Shown piece by piece: positions 25,479-33,178 of a DNA stretch of 64,000 nucleotides. Every line of letters begins with the position of its first letter. Within the stretch, counting starts at the first letter, position 1. Position numbers and translations under genes: made by a program. This DNA comes from Bacillota bacterium (lineage in GTDB: Bacteria > Bacillota > Clostridia > Christensenellales > UMGS416): NCBI GenBank assembly GCA_023398815.1, contig JAEWRW010000028.1, positions 139,102-203,101 of the forward strand, written 5' to 3'. The notes below the pieces were generated by a model that was not told the DNA's origin, did not search any database, and was given only the letters and a program-made list of their open reading frames with translations.

Positions 25479-26639
25479 TCAGCTCCTACCCGCCGGCTGC
25501 TTTTTCAGGAAGCCGCGCTTGGCCTCCATGGCCTTGGCGGGGCAAAGCTCCTGGCAGCAGAAGCAGCGGATACAGGCGTCGTAGTGGATGACGGGCCGGC
25601 GCTCCACCATGGTGATGGCGTGGGGCGGGCAGGCGCGATCGCACTCGCCACAACCCACACAACGGCTGGCATCCAGCACCGGATGGGGATGCAGGGCATC
25701 GACCCAGGTGCGGGGCAGCACATTCTCCAGGTGCCGCACGATCTGGAGGGTGGAGGTCGGCGGCTGGAACGGCCGTTTGTCGTTCTTCATGAGGTCGGCC
25801 ACCGGCGTGCCGACGACCTCAATGTCCTCGAGCTTGGCGGGAAGCAGGCCCCGCTCCCGCGCTAGCGTCAGCAGCAGCACGTCGCTCTGCTTCCAGCCCA
25901 TCAGTTGCACGGCGACGGCATCCAGAGCATAGGGCGAGGCGCTGGCCAGCAGGGCACCGCGTTTACGGGGCGAGCCGGCAGAGGGGCCAGGGCCCTCCAT
26001 CCCCACAATGGCATCCATGACGCTCAAGGCCGGACGCACGGTCTCCGCAATGTCCAGCAGGAAATGGTTGAAGGCCTTGGGCGTGCTGTAGATGGCGTGG
26101 TATTTGGCCTTATCCAGGCCGTAGATGGTACCGTACAGGTTCTTCACCGCGCCCGTCATGGTGCACAGGGCGTGGGTCTTCATCTTGCACAGGTCGATGA
26201 GAACATCGGCCTCCAGCATTTCGGAGACGAGGTCAAAGCTCTTGGCCGAGACACCGTTTGGCACGGGCCTGGTCACCTTGTTGTGGTTGATGACGATTTC
26301 CGCACCCTCCCGGTCAGCCGCGGCCTGAAAGCCACAGACGCGGTAAGCGCGCGCGATTTCCTCACCAAAAAGCCCGGGGCCGCCGGGGCAATCCCCCACC
26401 AGCACGCGGGCAGCACCAGCCTCCCGCGCCAGGCGGATGAAGGCGGCCACGACCTCCGGGTGGGTCGTCTTGGCGTCGCCGGGCGGCGCTTTGACCAACA
26501 TATTTGGCTTGAGGTACACGGTCATGCCGGGCTTGACAAACCGGGACATGCCCCCTAACTCCTCCATCACCCGCCGGGCGGCGTCCAGCACGACAGCGGG
26601 CTCGTAATTGTTGCAGGTTGTCAATGACACTTGCGACAT
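25479..26639 (-). CDS. DUF362 domain protein with C-terminal 2x[4Fe-4S] ferredoxin domain
   Basis: 386 aa: VKPGMTVYLKPNMLV...HPEVVAAFIRLA..., with C-terminal CVGCGECDRACP and CIRCFCCQELCP motifs. Confidence 0.75.
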   Translation of the reverse strand: MSQVSLTTCNNYEPAVVLDAARRVMEELGGMSRFVKPGMTVYLKPNMLVKAPPGDAKTTHPEVVAAFIRLAREAGAARVLVGDCPGGPGLFGEEIARAYRVCGFQAAADREGAEIVINHNKVTRPVPNGVSAKSFDLVSEMLEADVLIDLCKMKTHALCTMTGAVKNLYGTIYGLDKAKYHAIYSTPKAFNHFLLDIAETVRPALSVMDAIVGMEGPGPSAGSPRKRGALLASASPYALDAVAVQLMGWKQSDVLLLTLARERGLLPAKLEDIEVVGTPVADLMKNDKRPFQPPTSTLQIVRHLENVLPRTWVDALHPHPVLDASRCVGCGECDRACPPHAITMVERRPVIHYDACIRCFCCQELCPAKAMEAKRGFLKKQPAGRS

Positions 26640-26660
26640 CTGCTCTATGTCCTTCGATCC

Positions 26661-27836
26661 TTACAGAGTGGACAGGAACTGTTCCAGGCGTTGGAGAGCC
26701 GTCTTCAGCTTCTCCACCGAGTAGGCGTAGCTGATGCGGACATGCCCTTCGCCCGAGGGACCAAAGGCCGTACCCGGCACCACCGCGACCTTGGCTTCGT
26801 ACAGCAGCCGCTCGCAGAACTGCTCACTGGTCATGCCGTAGCGCTTGACGGATGGGAACACATAGAACGCGCCTTTGGGCTCAAAGCACTCCATCCCCAT
26901 GGCGTGCAGTGACTGCAGCATGAAACGCCGGCGGCGGTTGTACTCCCGCTGCATCACGCCCACGTCGGCAAAGCCGTCGTTAAAGCCCTGGCGCAAGCCC
27001 TCTAGCGCGGCCTCCTGCGCCAACACCGGGGCACAGAGCGTAGTGTACTGGTGGATCTTCACCATGCCGGCGAGCGCCTCCACCGGGCCGCAGACATAGC
27101 CCAGGCGCCAACCCGTCATGGCAAAGGCTTTGGAGAACCCGCTCAATACTATGGTGCGCTCCTGCATACCTGGGAGCTCAGCGATGGAAACGTGGCGCTG
27201 CCCTGTGTAGGTCAGCTCCGCATAGATCTCATCGGAAATGACGGCAAGGTTGGTGGGGCGCAGCACTTCGGCCAGCGCCTCCAGATGTTCGCGCTCCATC
27301 ACGCCACCGGTGGGGTTGTTGGGGTACGGCAGCAGAATGGCCCGCGTGCGGGGGGTAATGGCCGCCCGCACGGCGTTGGGCTCCACCCGGAACTCCACCT
27401 CAGCACTCGTCTTGATTCCCACGGGCACGCCGCCGCACAGCGTCACACAAGGCGCATAGGAGACATAGGACGGCTCAGGGATGAGCACCTCGTCGCCCGG
27501 CTCCAGCAGTGTCCGCAGGGTGATGTCGATGCCCTCGCTGCCGCCCACGGTCACCAAAACCTGGTTGCGGGGGTTGTAGGCCAAACCGAAGCGCTTTTGC
27601 ATGTACTCGGCGATGGCCACACGCAATTCCAGCGTGCCCCAGTTGGAGGTGTAGTGCGTCGCACCGTGTTCCAGCGCCCAGATGCCAGCCTCCCGGATGT
27701 TCCAAGGCGTGTCAAAGTCCGGCTCACCCACGCCCAAGGAGATGGCCCCCTCAATCTCCGACACAACGTCAAAGAACTTGCGGATGCCCGAGGGCGGCAG
27801 GTCGCCGACGACCTGATTGACCCATTGAATGCTCAC
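26661..27836 (-). CDS. pyridoxal-phosphate-dependent aminotransferase, class I/II
   Basis: 391 aa: PPSGIRKFFDV...LGVGEPDFDTP...YPNNPTGGVM...SGFSKAFAMTGWRLGY (PLP lysine motif). It has a 4-nt overlap with the upstream AsnC gene. Confidence 0.88.
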   Translation of the reverse strand: MSIQWVNQVVGDLPPSGIRKFFDVVSEIEGAISLGVGEPDFDTPWNIREAGIWALEHGATHYTSNWGTLELRVAIAEYMQKRFGLAYNPRNQVLVTVGGSEGIDITLRTLLEPGDEVLIPEPSYVSYAPCVTLCGGVPVGIKTSAEVEFRVEPNAVRAAITPRTRAILLPYPNNPTGGVMEREHLEALAEVLRPTNLAVISDEIYAELTYTGQRHVSIAELPGMQERTIVLSGFSKAFAMTGWRLGYVCGPVEALAGMVKIHQYTTLCAPVLAQEAALEGLRQGFNDGFADVGVMQREYNRRRRFMLQSLHAMGMECFEPKGAFYVFPSVKRYGMTSEQFCERLLYEAKVAVVPGTAFGPSGEGHVRISYAYSVEKLKTALQRLEQFLSTL

Positions 27837-28324
27837 GGCGACACCACCAATCTGTCGTCAACACGCTCCTCGTCGTCCACGATGACGCCGTTTTCCTTAT
27901 ACTTCTTCAGCACAAAATGGGTGGCGGTGGAGAGCACCCCTTCGATGGTGGAGAGCTTCTCCGCCACGAAGAAGGCAATCTCCCGCATGGAGCGGCCGTC
28001 GACCAAAACCATGAGGTCGTAGGCCCCAGACATGAGGTACACCGAGTGCACCTCCGGGAAGCCGTAGATGCGCCGGGCAATGTCGTCAAAGCCCTTGCCA
28101 CGCTGGGGCGTCACCTTCACCTCGATGAGGGCCTCAACCGTCTCGTCGCCGACCTTCTGCCAGTCGATGATGGTGTTGTACTGCACGATGACGCGGTCAC
28201 GCTCCATCTCCGCGATGGCCTGCTGAACCTCCGCCAGCGACGCGCCCACCATGACAGCAATGTCTTCGGCGCTCGCTCGGGCGTCCCTACCCAAAATCTC
28301 GAGGATCTCTTTCTTCAGCTCCAT
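27833..28324 (-). CDS. Lrp/AsnC family transcriptional regulator
   Basis: ORF 27833..28390. The start is at 28324 (MELKKEILEILGRDARASAEDIAVMVG), after AAGGGAG. It has an HTH plus a RAM/AsnC_trans_reg C-terminal domain. Confidence 0.85.
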   Translation of the reverse strand: MELKKEILEILGRDARASAEDIAVMVGASLAEVQQAIAEMERDRVIVQYNTIIDWQKVGDETVEALIEVKVTPQRGKGFDDIARRIYGFPEVHSVYLMSGAYDLMVLVDGRSMREIAFFVAEKLSTIEGVLSTATHFVLKKYKENGVIVDDEERVDDRLVVSP

Positions 28325-28436
28325 CGCGAAACACTCCCTTCGTCCTAAAAAGAATTTCCTCATTATAACAAGCCGCCTTTGGGTGGTCAAGGCAAGTCAT
28401 ACGGGATGCATTCCCGCTGCCCCTCGCACTTCCCAC

Positions 28437-28465
28437 TTCATTTCAACACCAGTTTGTGCTATACT
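28437..28465 (+). promoter_or_regulatory. extended -10 promoter of the NifU-like/GGGtGRT pair
   Basis: TTCATT (28437-28442), a 17-nt spacer ending TGTGC, and TATACT (28460-28465), which gives TGC-TATACT as an extended -10 element. It lies 45 nt upstream of the ATG at 28510. Confidence 0.55.
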
Positions 28466-28509
28466 ATCTTGGATTTTGTTTTGCCGACAACACAAAAGGA
28501 GGAACTCCC

Positions 28510-29202
28510 ATGGAATATTCAAGAGAAGTGGAAGAAATGGTGTGTGTCGCCAAGGGCCCGCACCATGGCCCGGCGGCCATTCCTGAGGAAGGCAAGTGGG
28601 TCAAGTCCTATGAAATCAAGGACATTTCCGGCTTCACCCACGGCGTGGGCTGGTGCGCCCCGCAGCAGGGTGCCTGCAAGCTCTCCCTCAACGTCAAGGA
28701 CGGCGTCATCCAGGAAGCACTGGTGGAGACGATCGGCTGCAGCGGCATGACCCACTCGGCCGCCATGGCCGCTGAGATTCTGCCCGGCAAGACCGTGCTG
28801 GAGGCCCTGAACACCGACCTGGTGTGTGACGCCATTAACACCGCCATGCGCGAGCTCTTCCTGCAGATCGCCTATGGCCGCACCCAGTCGGCCTTCTCCG
28901 AGGGTGGCCTGCCCATTGGCGCGGGCCTCGAAGACCTGGGCAAGGGCCTGCGCAGCCAGATCGGCACGATGTATGGCACCAAGGCCAAGGGTGTCCGCTT
29001 CATGGAAATGGCCGAGGGTTACGTGCTGGAGATGGGTCTCGATGAAAACAACGAGGTCATCGGCTACAAGTTCGTGAGCCTTGGCAAGATGCTGGAAGCC
29101 ATCCGCAAGGGTGTGGACCCCAAGGAAGCCTTTGAAAAGAACGTGGGCACCTATGGCCGCTTCGCTGAAGCCGTCAAGAAGATTGACCCGCGGCACAACT
29201 GA
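28510..29202 (+). CDS. IscU/NifU-N-like scaffold-type protein with about 110-aa C-terminal extension
   Basis: ORF 28456..29202. The start is at 28510, after AAGGAGG: MEYSREVEEMVCVAKGPHHG...WCAPQQGACKLSLNVKDGVIQEALVETIGCSGMTHSAAMAAEILPGKTVLEAL. This has an IscU-like layout with conserved Cys positions. The C-terminal half was not recognised. Confidence 0.65.
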   Translation: MEYSREVEEMVCVAKGPHHGPAAIPEEGKWVKSYEIKDISGFTHGVGWCAPQQGACKLSLNVKDGVIQEALVETIGCSGMTHSAAMAAEILPGKTVLEALNTDLVCDAINTAMRELFLQIAYGRTQSAFSEGGLPIGAGLEDLGKGLRSQIGTMYGTKAKGVRFMEMAEGYVLEMGLDENNEVIGYKFVSLGKMLEAIRKGVDPKEAFEKNVGTYGRFAEAVKKIDPRHN

Positions 29203-29216
29203 GGAGGGAACGCGAT

Positions 29217-30215
29217 ATGGCGCAGTTTGAGAGCTACGAGAGAAGAATCAAGCAGATTGAGAAGTGCATGGCCGAATACGGCATTCCCTCCCTGGACGAA
29301 GCGAAGGAATACTGCCTGAATAAGGGCGTGGACGTGGAGAAGATCGTCCGCGGCATCCAGATGATCGCCTTCGAGAACGCGGTGTGGGCCTACACGCTGG
29401 GCGCGCGCATCGCCTTTGCCAAGGGTTGCACCACCGCTGCCGAGGCCGCTGAAGCCATCGGCGTGGGCCTGCAGGCCTTCTGCATCCCCGGGTCGGTGGC
29501 GGATAGCCGCCAGGTCGGCCTGGGCCACGGCAACCTGGCCGCCATGCTCCTGCGGGAGGAGACCAAGTGCTTCTGCTTCCTGGCCGGGCACGAGTCCTTC
29601 GCCGCCGCGGAAGGTGCCATCGGCATCGCCCGCACGGCCAACAAGGTGCGCAAGGATCCCCTGCAGGTCGTCCTCAATGGCCTGGGCAAGGACGCCGCCT
29701 ACATCATCAGCCGCATCAACGGCTTCACCTATGTGAAGACCGACTATAACTACTACACCGGCGAGCTGAAGATTGCTGAAGTGAAGCCCTTCAGCGACGG
29801 TGAGAAGGCCAAGGTGCGCGTCTACGGCGCGGACGACGTGAGCGAAGGTGTGGCCATCATGATCCATGAGAAAGTGGACGTATCCATCACCGGCAACTCC
29901 ACCAACCCCACCCGCTTCCAGCACCCGGTCGCCGGCACCTACAAGAAGTGGTCGGTGGACAACGGCAAGAAGTTCTTCTCGGTGGCGTCTGGCGGCGGCA
30001 CGGGCCGTACCCTGCACCCCGACAACATGGCCGCCGGCCCTGCCTCCTACGGCATGACCGACACCATGGGCCGCATGCACAGCGACGCTCAGTTCGCCGG
30101 TTCCTCCTCGGTGCCGGCCCACGTGGAGATGATGGGTCTCATCGGCATGGGCAACAACCCCATGGTCGGTGCGTCCGTCGCCGTGGCCGTGGCCATTGAG
30201 GAAGCTGGGAAGTAA
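29217..30215 (+). CDS. GGGtGRT family protein (conserved, function unknown)
   Basis: 332 aa. The literal motif G-G-G-T-G-R-T is encoded at 29991-30011 (SVASGGGTGRTLHPDN). The size matches the roughly 330-aa family named after this motif. The RBS GAGGAGGG overlaps the stop of the upstream gene. Confidence 0.8.
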   Translation: MAQFESYERRIKQIEKCMAEYGIPSLDEAKEYCLNKGVDVEKIVRGIQMIAFENAVWAYTLGARIAFAKGCTTAAEAAEAIGVGLQAFCIPGSVADSRQVGLGHGNLAAMLLREETKCFCFLAGHESFAAAEGAIGIARTANKVRKDPLQVVLNGLGKDAAYIISRINGFTYVKTDYNYYTGELKIAEVKPFSDGEKAKVRVYGADDVSEGVAIMIHEKVDVSITGNSTNPTRFQHPVAGTYKKWSVDNGKKFFSVASGGGTGRTLHPDNMAAGPASYGMTDTMGRMHSDAQFAGSSSVPAHVEMMGLIGMGNNPMVGASVAVAVAIEEAGK

Positions 30216-30240
30216 GACCCCGCCAATCCACAAGTACAAG

Positions 30241-30274
30241 AAACTCCGCCGGCAACTGTGCCGGCGGAGTTTTC
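30241..30274. terminator. bidirectional terminator between GGGtGRT gene and convergent lipoprotein gene
   Basis: AAACTCCGCCGGCA-ACTG-TGCCGGCGGAGTTT is a perfect 14-bp stem, followed by TCGTTTGG. Confidence 0.8.
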
Positions 30275-30322
30275 GTTTGGTTCTACTGTGTTGCGTATTT
30301 CAGAAGCGCCGTCGCCCGTTCG

Positions 30323-31012
30323 TTATTGATCCTCGTCCTTGCCCACCACCACGGTGTAGTTGACGGTATCCTCCTGCAGGGAGTCGGCGATGTACACCGA
30401 GATGTCTCGTCCATCAAACGTGGCGCGCAGCAGCACCATGCCTGCCTTCTTCTCCTGCCGGAAGCTGTCGCCATCCAGCAGGATGTCCTGATAAGCGGCC
30501 ACCACATCCTGCACGGTGGTGTCGAGCACATAGCCGGAGACGACCAGCACATCGCCCAAGTTGGCGGTGGCTGTCAGGGTGAACCCCTCCATCAGGGGCA
30601 GAAGATCGGAGGGGTACTCGTCGGGCAACACGGCCTTCTCACCGGTGGCCACCACCGCACCGTCGTCGGAGCGATACTCGCTCCCCTTTCCCTCGGTCTC
30701 CAGCACACGGCGCTCGCCGTCGCCATCCACAATCTCAATGCGATCCCCGCGAACCTCTACCGTGCTGTCGCCCTGCTCAATGTCGAGCCCCTCGCTCGTC
30801 AGCGAAAGACCTCCGCTGGGATAGGTGATCTGCAGACCGTCCTTGTCGAGCGATACGCTGGTGAAATGGCCGTCCAGCAGGAATCCGCTCTTATCAATGC
30901 GCACGATGTCCTGTCCGTCATCCTGGATATGGATGCCATTCTCCAACACCGAGCAGCCGGCAAGCATTGCGGCCAGCAGGAAGGCAACCCCCAACACACG
31001 CAGGCGGTTCAT
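30323..31012 (-). CDS. putative lipoprotein of unknown function
   Basis: ORF 30323..31066. The start is at 31012: MNRLRVLGVAFLLAAMLAGCSVLENG (lipobox LAGC). Its ATG overlaps the TGA of the upstream dehydrogenase (ATGA). Confidence 0.6.
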   Translation of the reverse strand: MNRLRVLGVAFLLAAMLAGCSVLENGIHIQDDGQDIVRIDKSGFLLDGHFTSVSLDKDGLQITYPSGGLSLTSEGLDIEQGDSTVEVRGDRIEIVDGDGERRVLETEGKGSEYRSDDGAVVATGEKAVLPDEYPSDLLPLMEGFTLTATANLGDVLVVSGYVLDTTVQDVVAAYQDILLDGDSFRQEKKAGMVLLRATFDGRDISVYIADSLQEDTVNYTVVVGKDEDQ

Positions 31013-32277
31013 CCGGCCAGCTTCTTTCCGTTGGCCAGCAGGTATTGCTCGGCCGCCGGGCACCACAGGCCACCGGCTGCCTCCACAATACGGGCCAACT
31101 CAACAAAGAGCGGGTCGCTCTTCCCCTTGTGAGCAAAATCATCAATGGCGGTCAGCTCCATCTCCAGCTGGGTGTAGATGAGCTTCTTGCCGCCGGAGAT
31201 CTTCGGCAGGTTGAGCGTCGTCTCGGGCACGCAATTGAGCCCGCCGACATGGGTGATCATCGACGACGGGTTGATGCGGCCGTCGGCCATCATGGCCAGA
31301 CTCTCAATCATATCCGCGGTGTTGCCGCCAGAGGTGCCCACCACATGGGTGGAGTTGTAATGCACGTTGTAGAAGTTGAACGTTGCCGAGAGTTTCGGAT
31401 CCGACGGGCCAGCAAAGAAGTTGAGGCAACCGTCGCGCCCCAGGATGGCATCGCCCTGCTCAATGACCGGGCGCACCGGCGCGAACACCAGCACATCGTC
31501 GTATCCCTTCCCGCCATTGAGGCCAAGGAGCGTGGCCACCGCGTCGCCGCTGCCGGTGTTGCAGTAAACGAGCTTCACGCCGTGAGCCGCGGCCTCCTCC
31601 ACCGTGTAGATGGACTGGGCACGATGGAGCCGCGCGTCGTCGATGTCGGTGACGACCAACAGGCCCGGCTTGCGGTCGCAATGGATGGCATAGTCGATGG
31701 CGCCCATGCCCATGGGGCCAGCCCCGGCGAGGATCGCCATACTGCCGCCGGGCACAATGCCCATGTGGTGGTCGTAGCTGCCGTTCACCGTGTGGTACAT
31801 GGCGTGGAAAGTGCCTACGATGCAGCTCATGGGCTCAGCCAGGGAGCCGAAGTAGTAGGCCTCACCGTTGTAATCGAGCAGGCAATTCTGCTCCATCACC
31901 TCGTTGGGGATGACGATGTGGGTGGCGTCGCCGCCAATGTAGCGGTAGGAATAGCCCGGCGCGGCCAACGAACCCTTATAGTTGAGGGCCGGCTGGATGG
32001 CAAACTTGCTGTCCTCGCGGTAGCGGCCCTGCCACTTGCTGCCGACCTTCAGGAGCCTACCGCAGAACTCATGACCGATGATGACCGGGTACTCGGCGAT
32101 GTCGTCGGGCACACGCTTGTGGGCACTGCCCTGCTCGGCGGCCTTCCAGCTGGACATGCAGATGCTGTCAGAGACAATCTCCGCCAGAATTTCATCCTCG
32201 CCAATCTCCGGCAGGGGGAATTCCTCCAGCCGCAGATCCTCTTTGCCATACATGCGAACGGCCTTGGTCGTAATCAT
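31009..32277 (-). CDS. zinc-binding medium-chain dehydrogenase/reductase, long (422-aa) form
   Basis: MITTKAVRMYGKEDLRLEEFPLPEIGEDEILAEIVSDSICMS...IIGHEFCG...ILAGAGPMGMGAIDYA (Rossmann motif). It is longer than typical polyol or alcohol MDRs; the size is reminiscent of ketose-phosphate reductases, but this was not verified. Confidence 0.75.
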   Translation of the reverse strand: MITTKAVRMYGKEDLRLEEFPLPEIGEDEILAEIVSDSICMSSWKAAEQGSAHKRVPDDIAEYPVIIGHEFCGRLLKVGSKWQGRYREDSKFAIQPALNYKGSLAAPGYSYRYIGGDATHIVIPNEVMEQNCLLDYNGEAYYFGSLAEPMSCIVGTFHAMYHTVNGSYDHHMGIVPGGSMAILAGAGPMGMGAIDYAIHCDRKPGLLVVTDIDDARLHRAQSIYTVEEAAAHGVKLVYCNTGSGDAVATLLGLNGGKGYDDVLVFAPVRPVIEQGDAILGRDGCLNFFAGPSDPKLSATFNFYNVHYNSTHVVGTSGGNTADMIESLAMMADGRINPSSMITHVGGLNCVPETTLNLPKISGGKKLIYTQLEMELTAIDDFAHKGKSDPLFVELARIVEAAGGLWCPAAEQYLLANGKKLAG

Positions 32278-33053
32278 TCAGTGCCCTCCTCGGCTATGAT
32301 GACGGTGACGTTGTGGGCCTCTGCCTGCGCCAGCATCTCGGTTGGCAGAGGGGTATCACAGATGAGGGTATCGATTTGATCCATGCAGCCAAAGGTGAAA
32401 GGCAGCACACGGTTGATCTTGCTGTGGTCCATGAGCATGATGCGCGTCTTGGCCTTGCTCAGCACCATGCGTTTGATCTCGCTCTCCTCCACCGAGCCGG
32501 AGGTGAAGCCGTTCTCCACCGAGTAGCCCGACGTCGCCAGGAAAGCCACATCCAGGTTGACGGTGCGCAGCGCTGAGGTCGTCCACTCCCCCGAGACCGA
32601 AAGCGTGTTGTTGCGGATGCGCCCCCCCAGTTGCAGCACGTCAACCCGAGACTTGCCCGCCAGCTCCAGCGCGATATTCGGGCCCGCCGTGATGACCAGA
32701 CAGGTCTCGTCTGGCAGCATCTGCGCGAAGTGCATGAGGGTACTGCCCGAATCGATGAACAACGTGGTATCGGGCGAAAAGAGGCTGAGCGCCGCACGAC
32801 TGATGGACCGCTTGGCCATTACGTCCCGCTGGGCCCGACGGGAAAAGGCATCCTCATAAGGCTTGTTGAGCCGCGAAACCGACAACGCCCCGCCGCGTGT
32901 GCGCCGCACGATGCCGATCTTTTCCAGGTAAATCAAGTCTCTGCGCAATGTCATGGAAGAAATGTCTGGAAAGACTTCCTCCAATTCAGAAAGCAGTACC
33001 TCGCCCTTGGCGGATACCAGTTGCTCTATGGCTCTGCGTCGTTCTTCTGTCAT
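32274..33053 (-). CDS. DeoR/GlpR family transcriptional regulator
   Basis: 259 aa. N-terminal HTH (RRRAIEQLVSAKGEVLLSELEEVFPDISSMTLRRDLIYLEKIGIVRRTRGGA) plus a DeoR C-terminal sugar-phosphate sensor domain. Confidence 0.88.
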   Translation of the reverse strand: MTEERRRAIEQLVSAKGEVLLSELEEVFPDISSMTLRRDLIYLEKIGIVRRTRGGALSVSRLNKPYEDAFSRRAQRDVMAKRSISRAALSLFSPDTTLFIDSGSTLMHFAQMLPDETCLVITAGPNIALELAGKSRVDVLQLGGRIRNNTLSVSGEWTTSALRTVNLDVAFLATSGYSVENGFTSGSVEESEIKRMVLSKAKTRIMLMDHSKINRVLPFTFGCMDQIDTLICDTPLPTEMLAQAEAHNVTVIIAEEGTE

Positions 33054-33129
33054 ATCATCCCCACCCTACTCCTATTATACCGGCTTCATGCCTATGGAAC
33101 AAGCGGAAGGATGCGGTTTCTGGCACAAA

Positions 33130-33162
33130 ACAAACGGCCGGGAATGCCTCCCGACCGTTTGT
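33130..33162 (-). terminator. intrinsic terminator after the Gfo/Idh/MocA gene
   Basis: Minus strand reads ACAAACGGTCGGGA-GGCAT-TCCCGGCCGTTTGT (one mismatch), followed by TTTGTGCC. Confidence 0.6.
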
Positions 33163-33178
33163 GCGTCACAACGAGCGT

